A stretch of DNA of 64,000 nt from Bacilli bacterium (GTDB lineage: Bacteria; Bacillota_I; Bacilli_A; ML615J-28; CAG-313). This document shows positions 38,288-49,493 of the stretch, in pieces; position 1 is the stretch's first letter; each line of letters opens with the position of its first letter. Under the pieces are notes generated by a model. The model did not search any database, was not told the DNA's origin, and worked only from the letters and a program-made list of their open reading frames with translations. A program made the translations under genes and the position numbers. Where the stretch lies: assembly GCA_045652765.1 (NCBI GenBank), contig JAZOLG010000041.1, forward strand, positions 7,310 to 71,309, read 5' to 3'.

Positions 38288-39595
38288 ATGAATCGTGGAG
38301 TTGTTGCGATTGTCGGTCGACCAAATGTTGGTAAATCAAGTATTTTTAATCGATTAGTCGCTGAAAAAAATGCGATTACAGATGACCAAAGCGGAATTAC
38401 TCGTGACCGTTTATATGGTAAGTGTGAATGGTTAGACCAAGAGTTTTCTGTTATTGATACAGGTGGAATTGAAATTAAAGATGTTCCATTTATGGATGAA
38501 ATAATTGCTCAAGCTCAACTTGCCATGGATGAAGCTGATGTTATTGTTTTTGTAGTCGATGGACGAGTTGGTGTTACTAATCAAGATCAAGATGTTATGA
38601 ACATATTACATCGTACTAAAAAACCTGTTATCGTTGCTGCTAATAAAATTGATGATATAAATTTAAAAGATAACATTTATGATTTCTATAATTTTGGTGT
38701 TGAAGAAGTATTTCCTGTATCAGCAATTCATGGTATTGGAATAGGCGATATGCTTGATAAGATTGTTTCTTTGTTACCACTTAAAAAAGATAAATCTTAT
38801 GATGATGCAATTGAATTTTGTATTATCGGGCAACCTAATGTTGGTAAAAGTTCATTAACTAATGCTATTTTAGGTACTGAAAGAGTTATTGTTAGTGATA
38901 TTGCGGGAACTACAAGAGATGCGATTGATACACCTTTTGTCCGTGATGGAAAAAATTATGTTGTAATTGATACAGCTGGTATTCGTAAACAAGGAAAAGT
39001 TTATGAAAATGCTGAAAAATATAGTTTCTTAAGAGCTATTAAAGCAGTTGAAAGAGCTAGTATTACTTTAATTGTCTTAGATGGTAGTAAAGAAATTGAA
39101 GAACAAGATAAAAGAATTGCTGGATATCCACTCGAGGTTAATTCAGCAGTAATTATTGTTGTAAATAAGTGGGATTTAGTTAATAAAGATAGCAAAACAA
39201 TGAACAAATATATTGAAAAAATTCGTAGTCATTTCTTGTATCTAGGATATGCACCGATTGTTTTCTTATCAGCATTACAAAATGAACGCATTCAAACATT
39301 GTTTGATACTATTAACGAAGTATATGAAAACTATACAAGACGTATTCCAACAAATGTTTTAAACGATGTAATCTTAGATGCTACGTTGTTTTTTCCAGCC
39401 GCAACTTTTAATGGCGGAATGCTTAAAGTAAATTATGTATCCCAAGTTTCAAGTGCTCCACCTACATTTGTTTTCTTTGTTAATGATCCAAAGTATTTAC
39501 ATTTTTCATATCAAAGATATCTTGAAAATCAAATCAGAAAAAGTTTTATTTTTGATGGTGCTCCAATTAAAATGATTTTTAGAAAAAAAGAATAA
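38288..39595 (+). CDS. der: Ribosome biogenesis GTPase Der
   Basis: Two G domains (GRPNVGKS, GQPNVGKS) and KH-like C-terminus. Confidence 0.97.
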   Translation: MNRGVVAIVGRPNVGKSSIFNRLVAEKNAITDDQSGITRDRLYGKCEWLDQEFSVIDTGGIEIKDVPFMDEIIAQAQLAMDEADVIVFVVDGRVGVTNQDQDVMNILHRTKKPVIVAANKIDDINLKDNIYDFYNFGVEEVFPVSAIHGIGIGDMLDKIVSLLPLKKDKSYDDAIEFCIIGQPNVGKSSLTNAILGTERVIVSDIAGTTRDAIDTPFVRDGKNYVVIDTAGIRKQGKVYENAEKYSFLRAIKAVERASITLIVLDGSKEIEEQDKRIAGYPLEVNSAVIIVVNKWDLVNKDSKTMNKYIEKIRSHFLYLGYAPIVFLSALQNERIQTLFDTINEVYENYTRRIPTNVLNDVILDATLFFPAATFNGGMLKVNYVSQVSSAPPTFVFFVNDPKYLHFSYQRYLENQIRKSFIFDGAPIKMIFRKKE

Positions 39596-39689
39596 AAAGT
39601 TCCAATAAAATGGAACTTTTTTTCGTTTTATATAAAGAATAATTGTTTTAGAAAAATCATTATGGTATAATTAGTATGAGGTACTTATT

Positions 39690-40196
39690 ATGACTGAAGC
39701 ATTAATGATAAAAAGATTAAGAAATCATGATGAAGAAGCTTTTGACTATTGTTATTTCACATATAAAAATTTAGTATACTTTCATATTATAAAAATAGTC
39801 AAAAATAAAGAACTTTCTGAAGAACTTATGCAAGATACTTTTTTGAAAATGTATCAAAGTATTGATAAGTTTGATGGAAGATACTTTAAAGCATGGCTTT
39901 TAAAAATTGCTGGAAATCTTGCAATTAGTGAACTTAGAAAAAATAATGATACTGTAGAGTATAACGACAACATTATTTCTAAAGAAGTTGTTGATATGTA
40001 TAGTCATAATGATTTAATGAGTGATTTAAAAGGAATTTTGACTGATGATGAGTACCTAATTGTTGTATACAAAATAATATATAATATGAAAATAAAAGAA
40101 ATTGCTGAAGTATTTAATATTCCTATTGGTACTGCTGGATGGAAATATAATGAAGCAATTAAAAAAGCAAAGAAATATTTTAAGGAGGTTAAATAG
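39690..40196 (+). CDS. ECF RNA polymerase sigma factor
   Basis: Region 2 (QDTFLK, FKAWLLKIA) and region 4 (IKEIAEVFNIPIGT); 168 aa. Confidence 0.88.
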   Translation: MTEALMIKRLRNHDEEAFDYCYFTYKNLVYFHIIKIVKNKELSEELMQDTFLKMYQSIDKFDGRYFKAWLLKIAGNLAISELRKNNDTVEYNDNIISKEVVDMYSHNDLMSDLKGILTDDEYLIVVYKIIYNMKIKEIAEVFNIPIGTAGWKYNEAIKKAKKYFKEVK

Positions 40197-40197
40197 A

Positions 40198-40761
40198 ATG
40201 AATATTAAAAATAAAATTCGTAGTTCATGGCATAATCCTAAATTACCTAATGATTTTCTAAAGAAAAATGAACTTGAATTCACAAAGACAAAGTCTTTTA
40301 GAATATCATTTCCTGCTTATTTTATTTCAATTGCTAGTTTGATAATTGCATTTGTATCAATTTTTGTTTATGCAAATTTTAAATTTAAGAAAAATGATTT
40401 AAATGAAACTCCAATAGTAAATATTGATTTTGGTACATTAAATCCAATAGAATTGTCAATAAAAGCTAATGAAGTTAATAAAATTCATATCAAAAATGTT
40501 AGTTATTATAATGTTAGAGGTAATTTTGCTTTGTGGTTTAACAATTTAGATATTAAAAAAAGCAAAGTTGATTATAACACGATTAATTTAAAAACATTTG
40601 TTGATGGTATTAATCCAGTAAGATTAGGTATTGCTAATGATGAGTATACATTATTTTTTACTAAACATAATTATTTAGTAGTCTGTTATTCTGATAAATA
40701 TATAATGTATGACTTGCCAAATGCAGATTTATTACTTGAAAGTTTTTCATCTTCCTTTTAA
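40198..40761 (+). CDS. Putative single-TM anti-sigma factor
   Basis: SD AGGAGG, ATG 1 nt after the sigma stop; short N-terminus, one TM, extracytoplasmic domain. Confidence 0.65.
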   Translation: MNIKNKIRSSWHNPKLPNDFLKKNELEFTKTKSFRISFPAYFISIASLIIAFVSIFVYANFKFKKNDLNETPIVNIDFGTLNPIELSIKANEVNKIHIKNVSYYNVRGNFALWFNNLDIKKSKVDYNTINLKTFVDGINPVRLGIANDEYTLFFTKHNYLVVCYSDKYIMYDLPNADLLLESFSSSF

Positions 40762-40787
40762 CATTTTCTAAAGTCTTGCATATAATA
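40758..40787 (+). promoter_or_regulatory. Promoter of spoVIF (fits SigA and sigmaK patterns)
   Basis: TTAACA-17-TATAAT overlapping AC-16-CATATAATA. Confidence 0.6.
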
Positions 40788-40803
40788 ATGTGAGAGGTGT
40801 AAA

Positions 40804-41034
40804 ATGAATCGAGTATTAAACTTTATTTCTGAAAACAATATTGATCCAGCGTCTTTATTTCAACTAGTAGAAAAAGTTCAACAAATGGACTTATCTAATG
40901 AAGAAAGTATTAGACAAGTGATAAGGGATGTTTCTAGACTAGCAAATCGTCCTGTTGATAAGAATCAAGAAAACAAAATTGTTCAAGAAATTTTGAAAAA
41001 TGGTATCAATGATAATTTATTTAACATGATTTAA
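40804..41034 (+). CDS. spoVIF: Stage VI sporulation protein F-like
   Basis: LFQLVEKVQQMDLSNEESIRQVIRDVSRLANRPVDKNQENKIV matches the SpoVIF pattern. Confidence 0.8.
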   Translation: MNRVLNFISENNIDPASLFQLVEKVQQMDLSNEESIRQVIRDVSRLANRPVDKNQENKIVQEILKNGINDNLFNMI

Positions 41035-41056
41035 TAACAAGGGAAACCTTGTTATT
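41033..41056 (+). terminator. Intrinsic terminator with GAAA tetraloop
   Basis: AATAACAAGG-GAAA-CCTTGTTATT followed by T-run. Confidence 0.85.
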
Positions 41057-41079
41057 TTTTTACCCTAATAATGTTTAAT

Positions 41080-41108
41080 TTGACATTTTATAATAAATAT
41101 AGTATAAT
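41080..41108 (+). promoter_or_regulatory. SigA promoter (consensus)
   Basis: TTGACA-17-TATAAT. Confidence 0.85.
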
Positions 41109-41156
41109 ATATACACTGATTTTATCAGAAAAAATTAGAAAAGGTGGTGTTGTTAC

Positions 41157-42590
41157 TTGAGTCCCCTCAGGTATTTTAATCTAATTGGCGCTAACGAAAC
41201 TTTATTATTATGGCCAGTTGGAACAATTGCTATTAGTGTTGCAATTGTGATTTTAATTATTTGTTCTAGTTTCTTTTCTGCTTCTGAAACTGCATACTCT
41301 ACTGTAAATATTATGCGTCTTCGTACAAACGTTGAAGAAAAACAAAAGGGTGCAAAAGAAGCATTATGGATTGCTGAACATTTTGATCGTACTTTAACAA
41401 CTATTTTAGTAGGAAATAATATTGTTAATATTGCTGCTACTACGCTTGCAGCTTTAGTTTTAAGTGATTTAATTAAAAATCCTACTTTATCAAATATTGC
41501 TAACGTTGTTGGTATGACTATTGTTGTACTTATTTTTGGTGAAATTATTCCAAAATGTCGTGCAAAAGAAAGCGCAGAAAAACTTGCATTGCGATATGCG
41601 AAGTTAATGAGAATTATTATTAAGGTGTTATATCCAATTACTTCGTTTTTCATGTGGCTTAGAAAGCGCATGGTTAAAAAAAATGAAGAGGTTACACCTA
41701 CTGTTACTGAATCTGAACTTGAATCAATTATTGATACTATGGAAGAGGAAGGCGTTATAGATGCAGATGATGCTGATTTAATGCAAAGTGTCTTAGATAT
41801 TAGTGAACGTACTATTTATGATATTATGGTTCCTCGTGTTGATATTATTGGCGTTGAAGTTGAAATGTCAGTTGAAGAAATTAGAAATATTTTCTTTGAA
41901 AACAAATATTCTAGACTTCCAGTTTATCGTGATGACAAGGATCATATATTAGGTATTTTAAGTGAACGTGACTTTTTCACATTCTTGCTTAAAAACAAAA
42001 CTACTGCTAAGTTTAATATTTTAGAATTAATAACTAGACCATTATATGTTTCTAAGACAATGAAAGTTGATGATTTAATTAGACGCATGCAAATTGAAAA
42101 GAAACATTTTGCCATTGTTTCAGATGAATATGGTGGTACAAGTGGTATTGTTACTATGGAAGATGCTTTAGAAGAAATCGTTGGAGAAATTTATGATGAA
42201 CATGATGACAACGATGATAACACTGATATTGTAAAAATTAGTGATAATGTTTATGAAGTTGAAGCCGATGTTCCACTAGATGATTTATATGAAATTTTAG
42301 AACTTGGTAAAGCTCCTGAATCATCATATACAAATGTTGGTGGGTTCTTATATAGTCTTGCTGAACAAGTGCCTACAGAAGGTGAAATTTTATTGTGGCA
42401 TACTTCTGTAATGAAAGAGTCTGAAGATGAAATGATTGAAGAAACAAAATATGAACTTCAATTTACAATATTAGAAGTAAAAGAAAGAAGAATCATTAAA
42501 GCAAAATTAGAAATAAATGAAATTGTTGAAAATGATGAATCTAAAGATATTGAAGAGTCTAAAGAAAATGAAAATTCTGAAGAACTATAA
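41157..42590 (+). CDS. HlyC/CorC (CNNM + CBS + CorC) family transporter
   Basis: [39 protein letters not shown]. Confidence 0.92.
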   Translation: MSPLRYFNLIGANETLLLWPVGTIAISVAIVILIICSSFFSASETAYSTVNIMRLRTNVEEKQKGAKEALWIAEHFDRTLTTILVGNNIVNIAATTLAALVLSDLIKNPTLSNIANVVGMTIVVLIFGEIIPKCRAKESAEKLALRYAKLMRIIIKVLYPITSFFMWLRKRMVKKNEEVTPTVTESELESIIDTMEEEGVIDADDADLMQSVLDISERTIYDIMVPRVDIIGVEVEMSVEEIRNIFFENKYSRLPVYRDDKDHILGILSERDFFTFLLKNKTTAKFNILELITRPLYVSKTMKVDDLIRRMQIEKKHFAIVSDEYGGTSGIVTMEDALEEIVGEIYDEHDDNDDNTDIVKISDNVYEVEADVPLDDLYEILELGKAPESSYTNVGGFLYSLAEQVPTEGEILLWHTSVMKESEDEMIEETKYELQFTILEVKERRIIKAKLEINEIVENDESKDIEESKENENSEEL

Positions 42591-42694
42591 AGCGATAGCT
42601 TTATAGTTTTTTTGTTGCAAAATTTTAGCGTTTTAATATAAAAAAAAGTATAATTATGTTATAATAAGTTAATAAAAAAATAAGGAGATTACTT

Positions 42695-42994
42695 ATGGAG
42701 ACAATGCCAGCTTTATTGTGTATTTTTATTGTTTTATACATTATTTATTTAGAAATTAAAAGTCCAAAGAAAGACCGTGACTTATTCGTGGATATTTCTA
42801 TTTCGGTTATTATTATGTTAGTTGGATTTTATAGTATGTATGAATATAAATTTGATGTTAAATTACTAGTTGTTGATTTATATTTAGGTTTATTGGCGTT
42901 ATCTATAGGTTATATTGGACTAGTTGTTTTTAATTATAAAAGATTAAATAAAAATAATGAATTAGAGAATGTAGGTGATGAAAATGTCGATTAA
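42695..42994 (+). CDS. Hypothetical small membrane protein (3 TM)
   Basis: SD AAGGAG; hydrophobic helices; overlaps lepA start. Confidence 0.7.
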   Translation: METMPALLCIFIVLYIIYLEIKSPKKDRDLFVDISISVIIMLVGFYSMYEYKFDVKLLVVDLYLGLLALSIGYIGLVVFNYKRLNKNNELENVGDENVD

Positions 42995-44810
42995 TTATGA
43001 AGAGTTAAAAAAACGTCAAAATTTAATTCGTAATTTTTCGATTATAGCTCATATTGACCACGGTAAAAGTACATTAGCAGACCGTATTTTAGAAAAAACT
43101 AAGGCACTGGATACTCGTGAAATGAAGGATCAAATTTTAGATACAATGGATTTAGAAAGAGAACGCGGTATTACAATTAAATTAAATGCAGTTGAACTTA
43201 ATTATACTGCTAAAGATGGTAAAACTTATATAATGCATTTAATTGATACTCCGGGACATGTCGATTTCACATATGAAGTATCTAGAAGTTTAGCTTCTTG
43301 TGAAGGTGCTGTTTTAGTTGTTGATGCCGCACAAGGAATCGAAGCTCAAACTTTAGCCAATGTTTATTTAGCTGTAGATAATGACTTAGAAATTTTACCA
43401 GTAATTAATAAAATCGATTTACCGGCAGCTGATCCAGATAAAGTAAAAAAAGAAATTGAAGACGTTATCGGTTTAGACGCAAGTGATGCTGTTTTGGCTA
43501 GTGCAAAAGAGGGCGTCGGAATTGAAGAAATCTTAGAAGCAGTAGTGGAAAAAGTTCCTGCACCAAAAGGTAATGTTGATGGACCTGTTCAAGCTTTAAT
43601 TTTTGATTCATTTTATGATTCTTATCGTGGTGTTATTGCATCTGTAAGAGTCTTTAATGGTACAATTAAAAAAGGTGATCACATTAAAATGCTTGCCACA
43701 GGCGCAATGTATGAAGTTTTAGAACTTGGAGTTTATACACCAAAAGAATTGCGTAAAGAATATTTAAGCGCTGGTGATGTTGGTTTTATTAGTGGTTCTA
43801 TTAAAGAAGTTGGTGATGTTCGCGTTGGGGATACAATTACTACTTTAGAAAATTTAAACGAAGAACCATTACCAGGATATCGTAGTTTGAATCCGATGGT
43901 ATTCTGTGGTATTTATCCGGTTGAAGCAAACAAATATGATGAATTAAAAGAAGCACTTGCAAAACTTAAATTAAATGACGCAGCTTTAACTTATGAACCT
44001 GAAACGTCACAAGCATTAGGTCATGGATTTCGTGTTGGGTTCTTAGGACTTTTACACATGGATGTAATTGAAGAAAGAATTGAAAGAGAATTTAAAATTG
44101 AAATTATTGCTACTGCGCCAAGTGTTGATTATCATGTTAAATTGACTAATGGAACGATGATGAAAGTAGATAACCCAGCTTTAATGCCTGATCCGACAAT
44201 TATTAAAGTAATTGAAGAACCATATGTAAAAGCAACTATTATGGTACCTAGTGAATATGTTGGTTCAATTATGGAAATATGTCAACAAAAACGTGGTACT
44301 TTTATGGATATGCAATATATTGATCAAACAAGAGTATCACTTCATTATGATATGCCATTATCTGAAATTGTATATGACTTTTTTGATCGTTTAAAATCAA
44401 CATCACGTGGATATGCTTCATTAGATTATGAACTAGGTGGTTATAAAGAATCTAAGCTTGTTAAACTTGATATATTGTTAAATAGTGAAAAAGTAGATGC
44501 TTTGAGTATTATTGTTCATAAAGACTTTGCTTATCAAAAAGGACGCGCTTTAGTTCAAAAATTACGTAAAGCAATTCCAAGACAAATGTTTGAAGTTCCA
44601 GTGCAAGCTGCAATTGGTGGAAAAATTATCGCACGTGAAAATATTGCTGCTTTACGTAAAGACGTTTTAGCAAAATGTTATGGTGGCGACATTTCACGTA
44701 AAAAGAAACTTTTAGAAAAACAAAAAGAAGGAAAGAAGAGAATGAAACAAGTTGGAAGTGTAGAAATTTCTCAAGAAGCATTCCTTGCTGTACTTGAAAT
44801 TGATGAATAA
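42984..44810 (+). CDS. lepA: Elongation factor 4
   Basis: [36 protein letters not shown]. Confidence 0.97.
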   Translation: MSINYEELKKRQNLIRNFSIIAHIDHGKSTLADRILEKTKALDTREMKDQILDTMDLERERGITIKLNAVELNYTAKDGKTYIMHLIDTPGHVDFTYEVSRSLASCEGAVLVVDAAQGIEAQTLANVYLAVDNDLEILPVINKIDLPAADPDKVKKEIEDVIGLDASDAVLASAKEGVGIEEILEAVVEKVPAPKGNVDGPVQALIFDSFYDSYRGVIASVRVFNGTIKKGDHIKMLATGAMYEVLELGVYTPKELRKEYLSAGDVGFISGSIKEVGDVRVGDTITTLENLNEEPLPGYRSLNPMVFCGIYPVEANKYDELKEALAKLKLNDAALTYEPETSQALGHGFRVGFLGLLHMDVIEERIEREFKIEIIATAPSVDYHVKLTNGTMMKVDNPALMPDPTIIKVIEEPYVKATIMVPSEYVGSIMEICQQKRGTFMDMQYIDQTRVSLHYDMPLSEIVYDFFDRLKSTSRGYASLDYELGGYKESKLVKLDILLNSEKVDALSIIVHKDFAYQKGRALVQKLRKAIPRQMFEVPVQAAIGGKIIARENIAALRKDVLAKCYGGDISRKKKLLEKQKEGKKRMKQVGSVEISQEAFLAVLEIDE

Positions 44811-45927
44811 AATAGGCCTTTATATTCACATTCCTTTTTGCAATAAAATTTGTGCTTATTGTGATTTTCCTAAAAGAGTTTCTAAAACTGAAATTAAAGA
44901 AAAATATATAAAATATTTAAAAAAAGAAATTGAATTGTATCAAAATAAAAACTTTGATTTTCGAAATATTACTAGCATTTATATAGGAGGAGGCACTCCT
45001 ACAGCGCTTGAAAAAGAAATGCTTGAAGAATTATTTGTTGAACTTGTACAAATGATTGATTTTTCGAAGATTATTGAATTTACAATAGAAGTTAACCCAG
45101 AAGATTTGAGTAAGGAATTAATTGACTTATTTATTTCATATAATATAAATAGAGTTAGTATAGGTATTCAAACTCTTGATAATGAACTTTTAAAATCGAT
45201 TAATAGAAGCTTTGATTATGATAAGTTTTTAGATAACTATAATTATTTGAAACGATATATTCCAAATGTTAACTTTGATGTAATGTATGCTATTCCTGGT
45301 CAAAGTGTAGATATGCTTGGCAATACTTTGATTAGATTAAAAGAATTAAACCCTACACACTTTTCAGTATATAGTTTGATTTTAGAAGAAAAAACTATTT
45401 TCTATAATAACTATTTAAAAGGTAGTTTGGAACTGATTAGTGAAGAACAAGAACTATTGATGGTTAAAAAGATACATGAAATTTTAGATGATGATTTCCC
45501 TCAATATGAGGTTAGCAATTATTCAAAAAGTGCTGTATCATATCATAATATGCTTTATTGGTCTAATGAACATTATTTAGGAATAGGCCTTTCAGCAGCA
45601 AGTTATATAGATAACAAAAGATATCAAAACACTAAAAATTTAAAAGAATATTTTTTGAATATTGATAATGGAAAATTTCCTATTGAATATATTGAAGAAT
45701 TATCTGTTGAAGATACTAAAAAACATCACATTATTCAAGGCTTTAGAAAAGTTCAAGGTATTAATATAAAAAGATATTTTAGTAGATATCATACTGACAT
45801 TTTTGCTGATTTTCCTTTATTAAATGAATTTATTGCTGAAGGATATTTTGAATTAAATAATGATTTTATCAAGATTAAAAATGAATACTTTTATATTATG
45901 GATCATTTTATTGAAAAATTAATGTAA
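44803..45927 (+). CDS. hemW: Radical SAM heme chaperone HemW
   Basis: [27 protein letters not shown]; lepA-hemW synteny. Confidence 0.92.
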   Translation: MNKIGLYIHIPFCNKICAYCDFPKRVSKTEIKEKYIKYLKKEIELYQNKNFDFRNITSIYIGGGTPTALEKEMLEELFVELVQMIDFSKIIEFTIEVNPEDLSKELIDLFISYNINRVSIGIQTLDNELLKSINRSFDYDKFLDNYNYLKRYIPNVNFDVMYAIPGQSVDMLGNTLIRLKELNPTHFSVYSLILEEKTIFYNNYLKGSLELISEEQELLMVKKIHEILDDDFPQYEVSNYSKSAVSYHNMLYWSNEHYLGIGLSAASYIDNKRYQNTKNLKEYFLNIDNGKFPIEYIEELSVEDTKKHHIIQGFRKVQGINIKRYFSRYHTDIFADFPLLNEFIAEGYFELNNDFIKIKNEYFYIMDHFIEKLM

Positions 45928-45938
45928 GGGTTGATTTC

Positions 45939-46379
45939 ATGAAAAAACAAATTTTATATCTAGGTGTAATTGTAGGAATTGGGTTTGCAATTGGACTTGT
46001 TTCTGGTTTAAAAATTATGATAGATATAGAAGAAATAATTAAGGATAAAAATGGCATTGAAACATTTATCAATACTTTTACTATGAATTATTGGTATTTG
46101 TTTTTAATGATTATTTTAAATGATGGATTAAACATTATTGGTAATATATTTATTCTATTTGGAAAAGGAATAACTCTTGGGACCAGTTTGGGTATCCTTT
46201 TGAAAAATAAAGCTTTATTTGGCCTAGGAGTTTATTTGTTTAACTTTCTAGGCCAATTTATTATTTTATTGCCTTTAATGTTTGCGCTCATATTGGTTGA
46301 ATTTAAAAATATAAGAACAAAACTTGTAACTATGACAATCATAATTAGTTTGTATAGTTTTGTTATTGCGATAATATAG
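45939..46379 (+). CDS. spoIIM: Shortened SpoIIM-like membrane protein
   Basis: NYWYLFLMIIL...IIG, LFGKGITLG, GQFIILLP resemble SpoIIM helices; position before xerD as in spoIIM-(fur)-ripX-drm. Confidence 0.6.
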   Translation: MKKQILYLGVIVGIGFAIGLVSGLKIMIDIEEIIKDKNGIETFINTFTMNYWYLFLMIILNDGLNIIGNIFILFGKGITLGTSLGILLKNKALFGLGVYLFNFLGQFIILLPLMFALILVEFKNIRTKLVTMTIIISLYSFVIAII

Positions 46380-46387
46380 GAGGTTTT

Positions 46388-47287
46388 ATGGAGCAACTAG
46401 TAACTGAATTTAAATATTATTTACAAAGTGTTAAAATGATGAGTGCAAATGGCATCGAAGCTTATGTAAATGATGTAACTAATTATATAAATTATTTAAT
46501 AACTAAAATTTTAGTTGATGACATGAAGCAAGTTACTAGTGAACATATTAGATCATATTTAGCTCATTTAAAAAAGAAAAAAATGGTTACATCAACTTTA
46601 AGCAGAAATCTTTCAAGTATTAAGTCTTTTCATCGATTCTTAACTATGGATCGTTATGTTGATGTAAATGTTGCGAAAGAAATTACCGCACCAAAAATTG
46701 AAAAGAAACTTCCAACTGTTTTATCAATCGAAGAAGTAATGCGTTTATTAGATGTTGTACAAGGAGAAAAACCTTATGATTTAAGAAACATGGCAATGCT
46801 AGAATTGATTTATGGAACTGGGTTAAGAGTTTCGGAACTTGTTGGATTGAAAGTTACTGACATGCGTTTTACTTCTAAACAAATTAGAGTATTAGGAAAA
46901 GGTAGTAAAGAAAGAATTGTTCCTGTTAATGATTATGCCTTAAAAAAGGTTCGTGAATACTTAATGAATGCTAGACCTTTTTTGCAAGGTATGAAAAGAG
47001 ATTCTGGTTTTTTGTTTTTAAATAATCATGGAGAAGCAATCAGTAGAGTGGGTTTTTTTAAAATTTTAAAAGGTTTAACTGATGCTGCTGGTATTGATAA
47101 AAATGTATCGCCCCATACGTTAAGACATAGTTATGCAACTCATCTATTAGAAGCTGGTGTTGATATTCGCTTGATTCAAGAACTACTTGGACATGAGGAT
47201 ATTGCTACTACTCAAATATATACGCATTTAAGTTTAAATAAAATAAAAGAAGTTTATGGATCTAGTCATCCTAGACAAAAGGAATAA
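46388..47287 (+). CDS. xerD: Tyrosine recombinase XerD (RipX)
   Basis: GTGLRVSEL, GKGSKER, HTLRHSYATHLL, LLGH, TTQIY; xerD-deoB synteny. Confidence 0.9.
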   Translation: MEQLVTEFKYYLQSVKMMSANGIEAYVNDVTNYINYLITKILVDDMKQVTSEHIRSYLAHLKKKKMVTSTLSRNLSSIKSFHRFLTMDRYVDVNVAKEITAPKIEKKLPTVLSIEEVMRLLDVVQGEKPYDLRNMAMLELIYGTGLRVSELVGLKVTDMRFTSKQIRVLGKGSKERIVPVNDYALKKVREYLMNARPFLQGMKRDSGFLFLNNHGEAISRVGFFKILKGLTDAAGIDKNVSPHTLRHSYATHLLEAGVDIRLIQELLGHEDIATTQIYTHLSLNKIKEVYGSSHPRQKE

Positions 47288-47289
47288 TT

Positions 47290-48471
47290 ATGAAAAAATT
47301 TAAAAAGATTATTTTAATAGTTGCTGATTCACTTGGGATTGGCGCAGCATCAGATGCTGAAAAATATGGTGATAAAAATACTAATACTTTAGGACATATT
47401 GTCGATAAATATCCAAATATTGTAATGCCTAATCTAGATAAACTAGGTATTCGCTATTTTCTTGGGGAAAATGTTGCTCCAAAAGCTGTTTTGTCAAAGC
47501 TTACTGAAATAAGTGTTGGTAAAGATACATTAACAGGACATTTTGAAATGATGGGTTTAAAAGTTGATAAACCTTTTCCTTCGTTTACTGATACAGGTTT
47601 TCCAAAAGAATTAATTGATGCATTAGAAAAATTTTCCGGCCGAAAAGTAATTGGTAATGTTTCAGCTAGTGGTACTGAGATTATTAAGGAACTAGGAATG
47701 GAACAACTTGAAACTGGTGCATTAATAGTTTATACTTCGGCTGACTCTGTTTTACAAATAGCCGCAAATGAAGAAATCATTCCGCTTGATGAACTATATA
47801 AAATATGTTCGTACGCAAGACAAATTACTATTGAAAATCCAGAGTGGATGGTTGGCCGCATTATCGCACGTCCGTTTGTTGGACATAGCGTTGAAACATT
47901 TAAACGTACAACAAATCGACATGATTATGCACTTAAACCTTTTGATAAGACATGTTTAAACGTATTGTCTGAGAATGGCTTTGATACAATTGCTGTTGGA
48001 AAAATAAATGATATATTCGATGGATTTGGAATTACACAATATGTTCGAACTGTTTCAAATGAAGATGGTATGGATAAGACAATTGATTACGCTAAAACTG
48101 ATTTTAATGGACTTTGTTTTGTAAATTTAGTGGACTTTGATGCTTTATATGGTCATCGCCGCGATGTATTAGGATACAAAGAAGCTATTGAACGTTTTGA
48201 TGAGAAAATCGGTGTTTTATTAGAACAAATTGATTCTGATACTTTAGTTATGATTACAGCTGATCATGGAAATGATCCTACTCATACTGGAACTGATCAC
48301 ACAAGAGAAGATGTTCCGTTACTTTGTTATTATAAAGGTATCCGAGGTAAAATTTTACCAACAATGGAATCTTTTACGGTAATTTCCTCAACTATTTTAG
48401 AAAATTTTGGATTAAATTTAGTTTCAAAATATCCTGGGTTTTTAAAATCATTGGAGGAACAAAATGTTTAA
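47290..48471 (+). CDS. deoB: Phosphopentomutase
   Basis: DSLGIG, GKDTLTGHFE, YTSADSV, NLVDFD.LYGHRRD, TADHGNDP. Confidence 0.95.
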   Translation: MKKFKKIILIVADSLGIGAASDAEKYGDKNTNTLGHIVDKYPNIVMPNLDKLGIRYFLGENVAPKAVLSKLTEISVGKDTLTGHFEMMGLKVDKPFPSFTDTGFPKELIDALEKFSGRKVIGNVSASGTEIIKELGMEQLETGALIVYTSADSVLQIAANEEIIPLDELYKICSYARQITIENPEWMVGRIIARPFVGHSVETFKRTTNRHDYALKPFDKTCLNVLSENGFDTIAVGKINDIFDGFGITQYVRTVSNEDGMDKTIDYAKTDFNGLCFVNLVDFDALYGHRRDVLGYKEAIERFDEKIGVLLEQIDSDTLVMITADHGNDPTHTGTDHTREDVPLLCYYKGIRGKILPTMESFTVISSTILENFGLNLVSKYPGFLKSLEEQNV

Positions 48472-49378
48472 AACAGAAAAAATCCCATTTGATGAAAAGG
48501 TGTCTTTAAATGTTTATATTTGGATGCCTTCGGATAATACAAAAATTATTGGAACGGTTCAACTAGCACACGGTATGAGTGAACATTTAGGGAGATATAA
48601 TAAATTTGCTGAATATTTGAATTCGTTAGGATTTGTTGTTCTTGGCGCAGATCATTATGCTCATGGTTTGACTTGTGTTGATCCTTTTATGGTTGGTGTT
48701 TGTCAAGAGTATGATTTTATGTGGGCTGTTATAAATAGCATTAGACTTGTTAGAACTGCTTATTCGTCATATTTTAATGGTAATAATATTTTGTTTGCTC
48801 ATAGTATGGGTTCGATGGCTGCTCAAAGATATCTTGAATTGTATCCTGACGATTTTACCAAAGCTATCATTTGTGGAACTGATTATCCAGTGTTTAAATA
48901 TGCAATCGCAAAGTTAGCTTCAAAAATGCTTATGAAGAAAAATAAAATAACTTATAGTAAGTTTATCCACAATATGGGGGTTGGTGCTTTTAACAAAAAG
49001 TTTAAGTTGGATCATCCACAATATGGATGGCTTACAAATGATATGGATGTAATTGATTTATATTCAAAAGATAAATATTGTGGTAAAGTCTATCCAATTA
49101 ACTATTATTATTCACTTGCTAAGATGCTTAGGGTTTCAAAGAAGAAAAAAGAACGCTCTAAAATAAATCGAAATTTAGAAATCTTAATAATAGCTGGTTT
49201 AAACGATCCTGTTGGTGCTTTTGGTAAAGGTCCATTAAAACTAGGTAAAGATTATCTAAAACTAAATTTATCTACACGAATTAGACTTTATAAAAATGCT
49301 CGGCATGAGCTTTTGAATGAAATTGAGTCTATTAAAACAGATGTTTATAATGATATTAAAACATTTATTACAAATTAG
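48464..49378 (+). CDS. Alpha/beta hydrolase (lysophospholipase-like)
   Basis: HGMSEH, AHSMG nucleophile elbow, RHEL. Confidence 0.9.
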   Translation: MFKTEKIPFDEKVSLNVYIWMPSDNTKIIGTVQLAHGMSEHLGRYNKFAEYLNSLGFVVLGADHYAHGLTCVDPFMVGVCQEYDFMWAVINSIRLVRTAYSSYFNGNNILFAHSMGSMAAQRYLELYPDDFTKAIICGTDYPVFKYAIAKLASKMLMKKNKITYSKFIHNMGVGAFNKKFKLDHPQYGWLTNDMDVIDLYSKDKYCGKVYPINYYYSLAKMLRVSKKKKERSKINRNLEILIIAGLNDPVGAFGKGPLKLGKDYLKLNLSTRIRLYKNARHELLNEIESIKTDVYNDIKTFITN

Positions 49379-49493
49379 GCCTATTTTAGGCCTTTTTTTA
49401 CGTTTTTATACCTATATAAGTATTTATTCATTTTAATCAAAAAGTGCTAAAATATCGCATATTTTGGGCTTATTTTACACATATAAATAGTAG

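Noticed and set aside
39609-39630. GGAAC...CGT ECF-type autoregulatory promoter upstream of the ECF sigma
   Set aside because: Spacing is only 7 nt (about 16 expected) and the motif is part of the der terminator
41153-41671. 172-aa antisense ORF opposite the HlyC/CorC gene
   Set aside because: Fully antisense to a conserved domain; typical artefact of a hydrophobic coding strand
46388-47287. Tyrosine recombinase as a possible phage or island integrase
   Set aside because: XerD-like sequence in conserved spoIIM-xerD-deoB context; no cargo, att repeats or tRNA nearby
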